Below are positions 1 to 14,000 of a stretch of 64,000 nt of DNA, piece by piece (the stretch's first letter is position 1; every line of letters begins with the position of its first letter). The notes below the pieces were generated by a model. It made no database searches, was not told where the DNA came from, and saw only the letters and a program-made list of their open reading frames with translations. Source of the DNA: Octopus sinensis (taxonomy: Eukaryota). Location of the stretch: assembly GCF_006345805.1 (NCBI RefSeq), contig NC_043007.1:54870001-54934000 (forward strand). Reading direction: 5' to 3'. The position numbers and the translations under genes are program-made.

Positions 1-735
1 TTTCGATGTCTTCCATTGTGGCCATCAGCCACAACTCTACTCCGAATCCCTTCCAATTTACAACGTTGGTCTCCTTTATTGACCCTATTTCTACTTCCTC
101 CTTTGCTGACCCTAGAATGGCTGTTACCAGCATTTCTGTTTTTATTTCTGGGGGCACCTTTGGGACTCTTACCCGTACCCCTCGTCTTCCTTTATACGTC
201 GGCCACATAGTGAAATTTTTGGCTTTCAGGACAGTGGAAGCTAATGAGGCCGCCACTTCCTTTGTTGCGCATCTCACCTCCACCGTACCATATTTCTTTC
301 CTCTGTCTACAAAAGTTGCTTTTTTCATAATGTCCCCCAGACATTTCTCTATTTCTTCAATCGTCACTCTCACCAGTTTTCTCGTGTTCCTATCTTGCGT
401 TCTATACGTTATCATCTTGTTATTTCTCTCCTCTATTGTTTCAACAGGCGGAACCAGCTTTACGCTGTCACCCTCCCTTTTGACGAACTTCTCGTATTCC
501 TTCAATTGTTCTTTTCTAAAGAACACTTCTCTTATTCTCAGAGACTCATCACTTTTTGTTGTAGCGACCCCCGCGTAAGTCTTCATGACTTGAGGGTCGG
601 CACACCTTCTATAAAAGGTTCACACACGCAGCGGCAAACGTCTCGCGCGATTCAATTTTTTAACAATTTTTTCCAAATTTTTCACATACAAAATAACTAA
701 CCAACACAATCAATGAAGACTGGAATTGTTAGCTC
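1..735 (-). mobile_element. 5' end of a young retroelement; ORF from ATG at 586 running off the window edge, resembling a non-LTR ORF1 (RRM-like)
   Basis: Minus frame MKTYAGVATTK...RGVRVRVPKVPPEIKTEMLVTAIL... without stops; absent from the ORF track because it has no stop in the window; CpG-rich. Family assignment uncertain. Confidence 0.5.
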
Positions 736-1240
736 TTCTTTTTTCTCTACATTGTATACTTTATAGACAATAGTCTTTTCTTTAATTTAATTTTTTATTA
801 TCCATCTGGACTATTCCATTTCTGCACGCTAATTTTATTTTTAATTTAATTCCCATTCATGTGAAACCACTTATTCAAGTTCAAATCATTAATGCAATTT
901 TATACCAATTGCTATTTTTACTTATATTATACTTTAGTTTGATTTTAATTATTACTTACTACATATAATTCAATTGTTATTATTATTTTTATTGTTAAAG
1001 TGAAAGCATCTGACATAAAATAGAGAAATATTTTTGTTTCACTTTTAACACGTAATACTGAAATAGTGGAGAAGATATGATATTGCTATGGGCTCGCTCT
1101 AGGCAAGAAATTGAACATTTTTTTTTGCCCATGAAACTACATGGATCCTAAGTAAGGCATGTGTAAAATTTGAATGAAATTGGTTGTGTAGTTCTCAAGT
1201 TTTAGGGAATCGTAGTGGCGAAGACAGACACACATTCTCA

Positions 1241-1279
<39 letters not shown>

Positions 1280-1756
1280 GCACACACACACACACATTTG
1301 TGTGTGTGTGTCTTAGTATCTGTGTTTGTCCCCCAACCACTGCTTGACATCTGGTTTTGCTGTGTTTATGTCCTTGTAACTTAGTGGTTCAGTAAAAGAG
1401 ACCTATAGAATAAGTACCAGTCTTAAAAAGCAAGAATAAGTACTGAGTTCGATTCGTTTGACTAAAATTCCTAATGACTGAAAACTTAAATAAAACCCAC
1501 AGTGGATTACTACTTCCACATCTTGAATGTTTGCTGCTAAACTGTATCACCTCTCCTCCCCACATTGTAGGCCATCAAAGACTCACAACCAACATTTCAA
1601 CCTTTACATCACAGACATCTTTTTACTGTTACTGAAACAATAGGCTCAGAGATAACTGCATAGTGTCTTCACTCATTTCCACCTTACTTGTTACCCATTC
1701 TTAAAAATGGGTCTAATTAAACTTTTAAAGCAGTCTCTATGTTTTTGTGCTACAAA

Positions 1757-2030
1757 AGGTGTATGGCTTAGTGGTTAGGGTATTTGGTACATAGTCGTAA
1801 TGTTGTGGGTTCGATTCCCAGCAGCATGTTGTGTCATTGAGCAAGCAAGATACTTTATTTCACATTGCTCCAGCTGGCAAAATGAGTTGTACGTGTATTT
1901 CAAAGGGTCAGCCTTGTCACATTCTGTGTCATGCTGAATCTTCCTCAGAACTACATTAAAGGTACGCGAGCAGGTTGTTCCGTTGATTGGATCAATTGGA
2001 ACCCTCATTATCATAACTGACAGAGTGCCA
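1757..2030 (+). mobile_element. tRNA-derived SINE
   Basis: A-box TGGCTTAGTGG, B-box GGTTCGATTCC; related copies at ~19060-19190 (+), ~42420-42720 (-), ~60350-60716. Confidence 0.8.
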
Positions 2031-2424
2031 GTCAACAGTTTTAATGATTAAGCTAATTTCAGATAAATATCGGGAATAGAATTAAGCTGTTATAATCACA
2101 GTATTTCATAATCTTATGATATCTTGTTGATGTTAAATTTGGTCTTATGTTGACTATGAGTGGTGAAAACTTTTACTTGATCTCACATAGATAAATGTGC
2201 ACATTGTAATTTACTTGTATACAGATTACAATGTATGTTTGTAGTTCCTATCATGACCAACACACTGAATATGTAAATCTGAACTATAAATATCTACCAT
2301 GAATAGTAAAACTTGTGTATATAAGTAGCAGAAACATTATAACTACCAGGAGAGCACTGTTTTTGATTGTTTTTACTTATTTAGCAATTTTCACAATTTT
2401 ACTAAGAGCTATGTCAGTATGTCA

Positions 2425-2767
2425 TAGACGCAGGTGTGGCTTGTGTGGTAAGCAGTTTGCTTCTCAGCCACAAGGTTCCAAGTTCACTCCCACTGCATGG
2501 CATCTTAGGCAAGTGTTTTCTGCTATAGTCTTGGGCTGACCAAAGCCTTGTGAGTGGATTGGGTAGATGGAAACTGAAAGAAGTCTGATGTCTGTGTGTG
2601 TTAGTGTCTGCCACTTGACAGCCAATGTTGGTGTGTTTATGTCCTGTACCTTAGCAGTTCAGCAGAAGAGACTGATAAAATAAATACTGGGGTTGATTCA
2701 TTCAACTAAAATTCTTCAAAGTGGTGCCCCAGCATGGTTGCGATCTAATGACTGATAAACAATAAAG
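2425..2767 (+). mobile_element. tRNA-derived SINE of the most abundant family in the window
   Basis: ggcgcagg.gtggctgtgtggtaag...ggttcagtcccactg...ttgggcaagtgtcttct head; further copies at ~3766-4131, 20505-20880, 36700-36850 (-), 54145-54300, 54610-54740, 55030-55185. Confidence 0.8.
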
Positions 2768-2882
2768 TTGCATTTTAGCCCAGATATACTGTATAAAAAT
2801 GATGTCTTCAAGTTTTGCCCTCATCACTCACTGGGTTTACCCTTTAATAATCACATGTTTATACTTGTTTTTCAGCTTTATT

Positions 2883-3122
2883 ATTATTCTTATTTTAGTG
2901 TCCTTTGTCTGAAATCTTTCGTCACATATCCTGTGACCTCTCCAGCAACTCTCTGTCCCATGTGTCTCCTCCTGTACTGTTTAGTCCATTCTGCCTACAC
3001 CATAGACAGGCAGAATGGACTAAATAGCATAGGAGGAAACACATGGGATGGAGAGTCACTGGAGAGGTCATAGGATGTGTCATGAAAGATTTCCAGACAA
3101 GAGACACTAAGATAAGAATAAT
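2883..3122. mobile_element. ~240 bp foldback MITE (near-perfect hairpin)
   Basis: Arms of ~113 bp complementary around a ~10 nt loop (..gtccattctgcct acaccatagac aggcagaatggac..). Confidence 0.85.
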
Positions 3123-3208
3123 CACGTTTACCCTTGAACAATTTACACCTGTTTATACTTTTACCTCTCTTTAGTTTTAATAAATGTTTTCTTTTCCTTT
3201 TTTTTCAG

Positions 3209-3277
3209 ACTATTGTCTTTGAGAGTTATTAATGTTTATGATGTTGACCACAAAACATATTTAATTAAGTTATCATT
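3209..3277 (+). CDS. NEMF: NEMF coding exon a (probably exon 2): [22 protein letters not shown]
   Basis: tttttcag acceptor, gtaagt donor; NFACT-N start motif. Confidence 0.93.
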
Positions 3278-6200
3278 GTAAGTATTATTTCGTCACTGAC
3301 ATTTGCTTTCGTTTCTATTATTTTAATAGAATAATAAAATTGAAATATATATATATTTTTACCTGAATATGAAATTTTATATATTCATTACTTTTTGAAA
3401 TCAAATTTTTAATTTTGGAATTGTACTTACTTGGCAAGTAACTTTATATGAAATAGTATATTGAAACGGGAACAGCTACATCTTGGAAAAATCATAATAG
3501 TAATTTAAAACACTTAACATTGCATTCACTTTTGTTTATCTCTTGATAGCTGAAACTGGAGTTTGATGCAGCTCTGTTGCTCACTAGAACCAGTCAAACT
3601 GTCCGACCCATGCCAGCATGGAAAATGGATACTCAACGATGATGAGTATTGAGAATATGTAAAAGTTTTGTAATCCATCAATGACCTGGTCAGTGGCATG
3701 GAACTATGTCAGTTTTCGGGTCATACATGAATAACAAAATGTTTTTACACTTTCTAGTATACAATAGGTGCAGACGTGGCTGTGTGGTAAGAAATTTGCT
3801 TCTCAATCACATGGTTCCAGGTTCAGTCCCCCTGTGTGAAATCTTGGGCAAGTGTCTTCTACTATAGCCTCGAGCCAACCCAAGCCTTGTGAGTGGGTTT
3901 TGTAGACGGAAACTGAAAGAAAGCCTGTTGTATGTTTGTCTGTGTCTGTGTTTGTCCCCCATCACCACTTGACAACGGGTGTTGGTTTGTTTATATCCCT
4001 GTAACTTAACAGTTCAGCAAAAGAGATTAAACAATAAGTAACTGTCTTTAAAAAAAAAAATAAGCATTAGGGTTGATTTGTTCAGCTAAAATTCTTCATG
4101 GCTGCAGTCTAATGACTGAAACAGATAAAAGGTAATACCATAATATACACTTTACATACACTATTATAGCATACAATACTATAATATACAATACTATAGT
4201 ACACAATACTTATAAATCACAGAAGTGAATGTAAAGGTATATATGCGTGTTTTAAAATTCAGAATTTTTAGAGCAAAATGTGTTAGTGGATAAGGTTGCA
4301 AACTCATTGAATAAATTCACTGTTGCTATTGTATTCTGTATCTATGTAGAAACTGTACTTCAGTAAGCTTGGGCTCCTGTAACTGTCAAAAATAGGGACT
4401 GCATTTTCTGGAAAGTTGGAATACATTGATATTTTTCAAGGAGGTGACTTGTTTCTCTTCTGCTGAATACCATGAAACTAGAGTTAAAGCATCAAAAATC
4501 TCTTGAGAGTTTGGGAATATTTAAATTTAGAAAAATAAAAGATATCTTCTGCATGATTAAAATGAGGCCTTTCATTGCTATTTTTGTTTTCTATTTAAAT
4601 ATTGTTTACTTTAGACTTTAACAGATCATTACTTGTGTGATAATACTACAGTTTAGTAATGTTAGTAACTTTTCATTTTACTAAGTGTTCTGAATTTAAT
4701 TTATGAGTATTCAATGTTGATTTTTGGTGTTGATAAGTACCAGTAATATACTAAGTTACTTCAGTTCATTGCATTTCTCACAAAATAATTTTGTAATTTC
4801 TCACAAAATCATTACTTCTTTTTAGTTTAAAACTGGACAAATTCCAAACTACTTTAATATTGTAAAATTATTTTCTTATTAAATAGATTGAAGAAATCAA
4901 ACATTAAACATTTCAAAATACAATTTGAATAAATAATCTACTTTTTACTGTTTTATTTCTTTAGACCTGACAACAAAGCAGTTTTGGTTATTGAATCTGG
5001 CATCAGAATTCACAGCACTGAATTTGAATGGCCCAAACATGTGGCTCCCTCTGGATTTGCTATGAAGGTTATTTTAGATTTTAAAGTTTCTGAAAGGATT
5101 TGTAATTTTCTTACTAGAGTAGTAAAGAATGATTTGGTTGTTTCCTTCTCATTTTGTTTATATTTAATGCTTTAGAATTTAGGTTACTCTCTCAAATGTA
5201 ATCTGTATTTATTCACATTGTTTTGAATTAATCATGCATTATCTCATTATTTCAATGATGTGACTATATTTTAAAAATGACATTATAGGCTAGGTGTGAG
5301 AGATTTGATCTAGCCAGTATGAACCTAAAACAGGTAAAATGTTTTGGCTGGATATAGCTAGTTTAAATACTAAAAGGTTAAACCAATGTTTTGATTAGAA
5401 TATTCCCTTTAAAAATGGTGCGGGGGAATTATGGTTGGGTGGGTATCATGATGAGATACAACTTTCTGCTATAGGTAGCAAGAAGAAAGTAAATGAAGAC
5501 ACCTGCAGTTTATCCTCTCTGAAATAACTACATAGAGATGAATTTTTTTAGTGATGCTACAATGATTTATTTATTTTATATTGCACATTTGACCTTTCCT
5601 AACAATCTCATAGCACAGCAGAGTCTGCTTTAGAAAGACTGGCTTTCCTCATAAAGACTTCAAAATAATTCAGTTCTGGACAATTACTCACCTTGTGTGG
5701 TGCTCAAGTGAGACCCACTACAAAATATTGTCTCACATCTGGTCTCACAGAAGTGTTGTCTCCTCACTGATTTTTTTGTTACCACAATGGTCTCCATTTA
5801 TCAGACCTGATCGATTTCATGCCACCATCACTCTTTCCCACATATCTCTCCTTTTATCATGTTTTCTTGTGGCTGCCTATTTGTTTAATTTTAATAGCTT
5901 GATCAGAAGAGGTTGGGCAGTGCTTGTAACACTTCTCAAGACCTCTGAGACTGTAAGAGGAAGGGAGGAAGTAATCCTCATGTCACAGGTCTGGTTTGAA
6001 TTCTTGGAGGATCAAAAGTAGATATTAAACCAGGCATTGGATAAAGTATACCACTCAAGAAAAGAAGAATCTCTCTATGATAAACTCCCACAGTTTCTGT
6101 CTTCCAAATATCACTCATAAGACACTGGTCAACCCTACCTAGATACATAGCTCTGAGCTTGACCTAGAATTCATGTAATTGTGAATCAAATGTCTTAGCC

Positions 6201-9200
6201 ACTTAACTGTGATAGTCAACTGACCCTCAACATTTACATAGTCTTCTTCTATATTGTTTTTTTTTTAAATTTAGTTTTTGTCACGATTTGTGAACAATAA
6301 TGTGATTGGCCACAAGTTATGTGGTGATCTCACTAGTGCTGGTGCCAGGAAAAATACAAAGAGTCTAAGATTTCCCCTGACCCACTTCCTAAGGAGTGAG
6401 ATAAATGAAACTTGGCATAATTATTAGTCCTCTACATAGCTACCACAAATGTTGACACACTTCTCCCATCGTTTTAGGCAGCCGTGAAGATCTTGTCTGT
6501 ATAGAAGTCGGTAGACTACATCTTGGAAAGAAGTTCATCATCACCCAAAAAGTGCTTTCTCTTCAAAAAAGACTTGATGGTTGGAAAGAGGTGGAAGTTA
6601 GATGGTGCAAGGTTGGGAGTGTAAGGGGATAAGGTAGGATTTCGTAGCTGTAGGAGTATGCTTTCATCTGTGCAACATACACAATGTGAATTAGGGCTTT
6701 GTCTTGGCAGAGGCTGACTCCTTTGGTCAGTATGCTGGGCATCTCTGCTTTGATGGTGTCCTGCAATTTCTGTGGCAGAGAGGCATAATATGCCCCATAA
6801 ATTGTGGTGCCCTTTGCCAGAAGATCCATCATCATCACTCTGTGCTGGTCCAAAAAGACTGAGCATCACCTTATCTGCTGAGGGTTGGACATGAGCCTTC
6901 TTTGGCAGTGGTGAGTTATCATGCTTCTATTGCTTTGACTGGACTTTAATCTCAAGATCATAGTGATAGATCTGTATTTCATACTGTGTGATAAGTCTGC
7001 TGAAAAAGTCCTCCTCATTTTCTTGGTACATTACCAAAAGAGCCTGGGAGCAATTGACTTGTTCCTGCTTCTGAAAAGGTGTAGCATCTGGGGAATCCAT
7101 CATGCAGCCAACTTCCGCACGTGCAGGTGGTTGTGAATAACCTTTTCCACGGACTTATCTTCACTTCTTGGGCTAATTGCTGAACAGTTTGCAGTGATCT
7201 TCCAAAATGGCAGCTTCCACTTTATGGATGGTGTCATCATCAATGGCAGAATGTGGTTGTCCAGGAATAAGAGCAGTTTCCACTAATGTCCAACCACATT
7301 TGAACTGGCAATGCCACTCCATGACTATGTTGTATGATGATGCATTGTCACCATGAACTTCTTTCATCTCATTGAAAGTCTCTTTTGGTAGATGACCTTT
7401 CAAGTATAAGAACTTGATCACTGATCTGCATTCAACTGCCTCCATTATAGCACCTTAGTTCACTTCAGCAGCTGTAAAAGACAAACGAATACTAGTGGAA
7501 AGCTGAAATTTATAATGTGACATGTAGAGACATGTATGATTATACCTGTACAAGTTCCATTTCCTGCAATAACTGCAAGTGGGTTAGGGGAAATCTTTAA
7601 TGAACACCCCTTGTATATGTAGCACACTCCATAAAGTGCTTGGAGTTAGGAAGTGCAACCATCCGTAGAAACCATGTGAAAACTGATACATTAGAGTGAG
7701 ATATGGTCCTAACATGGATCTTGTTGACCTGTTCAAGCTATGCCAACATGGAAAGCAGACAAAATGATGATGATGATAGCTTCATTTGCATTTGAGTTTC
7801 CTAAAAAGCGATTTATATTTCTCTCTCTCCACAGACAGCTCCCTACTTGAAATACTTTCTCTATATTCATACTCTGTTCTTCCCTTTATTTCCATGGGTC
7901 CTTCCAGTTTCTCCTTCTCTCACTGCTCTTGTTGCACTCACCTACTGCTTTCCCATCCTCTGTCTCTTTTTCTCTCATTCTTCTCTTCCCAGAGCTTTCA
8001 TGTTTTCTTTCGTGTTCCCTTCATACCTTTTCATATAATGTTTTCCCCACCTTCATAACCCACCTTACTACTCTGTTGCTTTCTCATTAACCAATCTCTT
8101 CTCTTTTCCCAATCCCTTTCATAATCCTTCCCTTCACTACCTCTCTTTCACACCTATAAATCTGTTACTGTCATCATCACTTTATCCTCTCTCATTTTCC
8201 CACCTAGAATCATCATACACCCTTGCCTATTCTTCTACAGTTATACAGACCCCCTTTTAGACCCTTAGTCTTGCAAGTTGCATAAAAAAAACACACTCAG
8301 TATACTTTGTGAAGTGGTTGACATTAGGAAGCCATATAAACATTGCTAAAAATCAAACATTGGAGCTTGACACAGTTGTCTGAGGAACTCTTTTACCTTC
8401 CATCAATACAAATAAATCAATAGTAATATTCAAAAAAATCTCACCCTTTACTTAAGCACTAAGTGAATATTTGTAAACACAAAAATACATTTGTTTTTAA
8501 TTATAAACATACAAAATTCACTGAAATAATGAAAATAATAAATTAACGATATTTTATGACCATGATGAGATTTTTAAAATTGGTAACATATTTAATCAGG
8601 TATTTTATATACTTCTCTATTCACAGCTTCGGAAACATCTCCGGGGTCGTCGTTTGGAGGCTGTGCATCAGCTTGGCGTCGACCGAGTTGTTGATTTACA
8701 GTTTGGTTCATCAGAAGCAGCTTATCATGTAATATTAGAGATGTATGATCGTGTAAGGCAATTAGATTTTTTACCTTATTCTTTTACTTAGTTTCTTTGT
8801 TGGCTTTTCATGTAGTCAATTTTGTTTTTTGCTGGCAGGGTTGTCAGTCATGATTTTCAAATTTTCTTTTTTTCTAGGGAAATATTGTTTTAACAGATTA
8901 TAATTATGTTATCTTAAATATTTTGCGCCCTCGGTCCAATGAGAGTGAAGATGTAAAGCTTGTCGTTCGGGAGAGATACCCAGTTAGCAGTGCCAAGCAA
9001 TATGAACCTGTTGAACGTGAAAAGTAAGGCCATCTTTGTTTCCTTACACTATAGACTGCTATTTCTACTTGTGCATTGTTGAATTGATGTGTCATTGATT
9101 AGCTTATAAGAAAAAACAAAAACAAAAAATTACTGTAATATCTTGTAATATGATTGGATTTAGGAGCTGATGATTTCATCAATATGTAGTGATTGAAAGA

Positions 9201-10986
9201 AGTATATAGTGTGGAGTGTTTTCATGTTGCTTATTCGTAATCAGTTGATTCTCCTGCTTCCTTGTGAGTATGAAGTCAATTTTACTTGTGTGTTCACCTG
9301 ATTGAGGGTTGATCAAGTAGTTGGCCAGTATCCTGAAGGTAGTGTTGCAAAAGGTTACATTATTTGCATCACAGAACTGCAGGAATTTCAATAATTATTT
9401 TCTGAACCATATCTATGACCTCTCCATAACATACTGGAGTAGCTATCATGGTATTGCTTAACTTGTCCAACAAAATCCCTGGTCATAATAACCAGATTGC
9501 TGTCATTTATTATTGATATGTTAGGTTGTCAAGAAAGTTTTTGCAGTTTTTAACCTTTAAATTCAGATGCACATATTTCAGCTCAAACAAAACTTTATTA
9601 ATCAAAATAAACACTGTCAGAATCAACACACTTTTGCCAATGCGAAACAAGTTTATTTATGCCAGTAATGTAAAAATCCTATGTTCTGGGGGCGATGAAG
9701 TTGTTGAAGGCGTGTTTGGTATTGTCTTGGTTTTTGAAGCATTTCTTAGACAGGAAGTTATCGAGAAGCTTGAAAAAGTGGTAGTCGGTAGGCGAGAGGT
9801 CTGGTGAGTATGGCGGATGAGGCAGAGTTTTGTAGCCCAATTTGTTCAACTTCTGCAGGGTTACTTGTGTGATGTGTGGCCGAGCGTTGTCATGGAGAAG
9901 AATTGGTCCTTTTCTATTGACCAATGCTGGCTATTGTCAGAGTTTCTTATGCATCTCATCCATTTGCTGACAGTACTCCTCTGCTGTAATGGTTTCACCT
10001 GGATCCAAAAAGCTGTGACGGATAAGACCGGCCGCAGACCACCAAACAATCACCATGACCTTCTTTTAGTGTAACTTTGGCTTCGGGAAGTGCCGTGGAG
10101 CTTCGTCAGCGTCCAACCACTGAGCTGAGCATTGCTGGTTGTTGTAAAGAATCCACTTTTCATTGCAAGTCACAATCCGGTCGAGAAATGGGTTGTTCTT
10201 GTTGTGTAAAAGAAGGAAAGATGACACTTCAAAGCGGTGTTTCTTTTGGTTGTTGTTCAATTCATGTGGCACCCATTTCTAAAGTATTTTTGTTTTTCCA
10301 AACTCTTTCAAGTGGTTGGAAATTGTTGTATATATTACGTCTTATTCAGAAGCAAGCTCTAGAACAGTTGTGTGTGAATTGGCTTCCACTAAGGCTCTTA
10401 GCTGATCATTGTCAACATCTGATGGCTGACCACTACGCTTATCATCTTCAAGACTCTCATCACCGCTACGAAATTTCTTGAACCTGGACCAAATGCATCG
10501 TTGATATCGTGAGCTGTTTCAGAACTTTTCGGCCTAGCTTGAACTGGAATAAGAAAATTGTGTGAATTTGCTTTTTGTCCATGCAATATTCAATGTTCCA
10601 GAAAAAAATGGCCTAATTATTTAAAAAGAAAAAAGAGTAACACGATTAGATAGAGCGAAAAATAGGCTTTAAAATGATATATAAAGTCAAAGTAATTTAA
10701 TGAAAATTAATTTGAAAATACATCATTTAAAACCAAAATTTAAAATTCCGCGAGAACTTTCTTGACAACCTAATAATTTGCACTAGGCCTCACAGAAAAG
10801 GTCCTTTTATCCACTAGTTAGTTTTGATTCAAGGATCACTGTTATCCATGACTAGCCTAAGCTTAATTATTCTGTTACTTCAAGTATCCCACATGGTTGG
10901 TAATTAAGTATCTTTTATTATGGTGTTTGGTTGACCAATGCCTAGTGGATTTGGTTGACAGAAATTGAAAGAAACCTGCTGTTTAC

Positions 10987-11020
<34 letters not shown>

Positions 11021-14000
11021 ATATATTATAGCACCTTGGTTTACTTCAGCATATATATATATTTATATATGCACACACACACACACACACATTTACAGTG
11101 TGTGTATGTGTGTTAATTTATGTCTCCTTGACATCACATGATAGTTGTGGATGAGCCTACTGTCACACAAGCAGTGATGTTTGTTTCCAATGTCCCATAA
11201 AAACATCTGTCTTTGGAGAAATATTACCTTGCTTGAAAACAGGCAACAGTTGGTGACAGAAAAGGCATCCAACCATAGAAAACCTGTTTCAACAAATTCT
11301 GTCTGACCGATGCAAGCACAGAAAAGTGGACATTAAAACAATGATGATGATCATATTTCATGCTTGTGAGGTGTCTGACTGAGGCTTCCAACCATCTTAT
11401 TTTTTGTACACAGAACATATCTAGTTGCCTCATATCAGCACCTCTGCAATCTCTCAAAATTTACCTTTTATTGTGCTAAAACTGCTAGTGGAATCCTTGA
11501 GTTTTATAGCTGTATGTATACATGACAGACTGGATAAACAGAAATTTCAGTCTTCAGATTTCATGTAGTACTGATAATCTGATGTTTTCTCTTTCAGAGT
11601 TAGGGGTGAAATGCATCGTAACAAACATATGCATTCATGTTATATTTGCTAATATATCATTTACATGAACTTAGAGTATAGAAATAAAAGATAGATCACT
11701 CAGTAATCAATAGTAATATTTATTGATTGATTTGCATAATATACCTCACATGGGAAACTCAGAATATAGCAACAAATGAGCAACTAAATTCTTATATATT
11801 ATTAATATTTCAGAATTTACTCGATTCTTAAGGAATCCAAAAATGGGAACCCACTCAAACGGACTCTACTTCCTGCAACTGGTAATTGTTTTTATTTTTT
11901 ACTTCAGTATTGGGACAAATGTAGTTGTAAAATTTCTTGTTCTAACATTGATTCCTAAATTTCTGCATGATAGAATGCCTTTTCAGCATTCTGTGGTGGT
12001 TCCTGACCCGATCAGTACTAGATAGTGTTCCATTTGAAATATTAACAATACTTGTATCCTTCCTTTGTATCAACTCTTATAATATTTTGTCAGAATTACA
12101 CTCATGGCACATGATGTGAATAAAAAATGGTTGTGAAGTTAAGGGTGCAAGATTACTACCTACATAATTTGTAGGCCTCACACATTTAATATCAAGGCAT
12201 GATTTAGCACCATCACTTTGTCTTTGGGTACCTTTAGCAGACTTCACTCTGTTGTGAGTGTTTGGACCAGATCTCTGGTTTTGTACTGTTTTTCTTGCAG
12301 GTGTTCAAGCTGGACATTATCACATCAATCTCACATATCTGAGTCTGAGAAGACCTTCAAGGATTACAAGCACCCTTTACCTTACAAACTTAAAAAAAAA
12401 ATCTCCAAAACATCATTGTTAGCTGAATCATTTCTACTGTAACTACTGGGTTGTGCTCATAATAAAAGTCACATGTATTATCATTAAATGTTTAAGTAAA
12501 GATCCACTCTTTGCTCTGATTGAATAGATAATAGTAAAAGGAACATCCTACAGTAAAATGACTTCTTCAATGTATGCAAATGTTCAAAATGGCTAAAGTC
12601 AACTCATCTATGCTAGCAAATAATTAAATTTAATTTTACCTTAAAAGGACCATAATGCAAGGTATTTATAATGAGTTACAAAACAGTCCAAATGTGAATA
12701 TATGTGTTGTCATAGAAAATTGAGCTAATGTTTAGTCATAAGAAATAATTAATATTTTCAAGCTTAAATAAGTATTTTTATTTATGTGTTATTTCTTTTT
12801 TCTTAACAGATTTTGGTCCTGCTCTTATAGAGCATTGTCTTTTAAGTGCAGGATTTAGTGATGCTGTCAAAATTAATGATGGCTTCCACATAGATACAGG
12901 TGGGTTTATCAATTTATATATAGGTATGTGTGTGTGTGTGTAACCATACCAATATATTGTTATGTTCTACCTCTGTGGACAAAACCTTGTTATACTGGAG
13001 TTTAATTTCGGTTTCAAATTTTGGCACAAGGCCAACAATTTTGGGGGAGGAGCTAAGTCAGTTACATGGACCCCAGTGCTCAACTGGTACTTATTTTATT
13101 GACTCTGAAAGGGATGAAAGGCAAAATTGACCCCCAGCAGAATTTGAAATTAGAACATAAAGATGGATGAAATGCCATTACACATTTTGCCCTTCATGCT
13201 AATGTTTCTGCCAGCTTGCTACCTTGCTTAATTTTGCAGCAATTTAACAATCAGAAATTACTGAAATCTCCCATGACCAGCCCTAGAACTTTCTGCTTAA
13301 ATATAAACTTCCTTATAAAGAACCACCTTGTTACATGCACAAAAGCAAGCAATCAGCCAGTCACTATGATCTGCTTTTGTGTTTTAGTGTGTTTGCTCAT
13401 GCTACATCATATTGTGTACTATTTGTAATTTCTTAAAGTACAGCAGTTAAAATGAAAAACTAAATGAAGTAACTTTTATTTTATGTCATTACCCTTCAGC
13501 ATTCTGATTATTTGTCAAATGTAATGCATATTTGCACATTATTTTGAATTAATCATGCATTATTTTGTAGCTTAGAGATTTCAATGATGTATATTTTTAC
13601 AATTACATTGTAGGGGAAGTATGAGATGCCTGATCTGGCCAGTTTGAACATAAAACTGTTAGAATATTTGGGTCAAATATAGTCATTTAAATAATAAAGG
13701 ATTAAATACCAAACTAAAGATTATAAAACAGAGTAGAAAAAAATCCCCTTCAAAATTAATCAGTCTGACAAGATAAAAGTTACCATGCAAACTTCAAGTG
13801 AGCAGAATATTTCTAAACTAACATGAATACATAGTAAAAAAACCCATTAAAAATAGGGAGAAAATGTTAAGTCTTTGAATAATGCTACTGTCCTTAACAA
13901 TTTCCTAAGCTATTATCCAGCAAATGGCGTTAAATATATTTCAAACAGTTGAAATCAGAAGAAGCTGAGGAAGTCACTCAAAGATTTGTGGTTATTCATG

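Noticed and set aside
6-578. 190 aa + strand ORF
   Set aside because: Ser/Phe/Thr-rich antisense shadow of the minus-strand ORF.
1757-1830. tRNA genes
   Set aside because: A/B boxes belong to SINE heads followed by SINE bodies; no complete cloverleaf seen.
700-3200. NEMF first coding exon or promoter
   Set aside because: No MKxRF-like start exon found; it probably lies upstream of the window.
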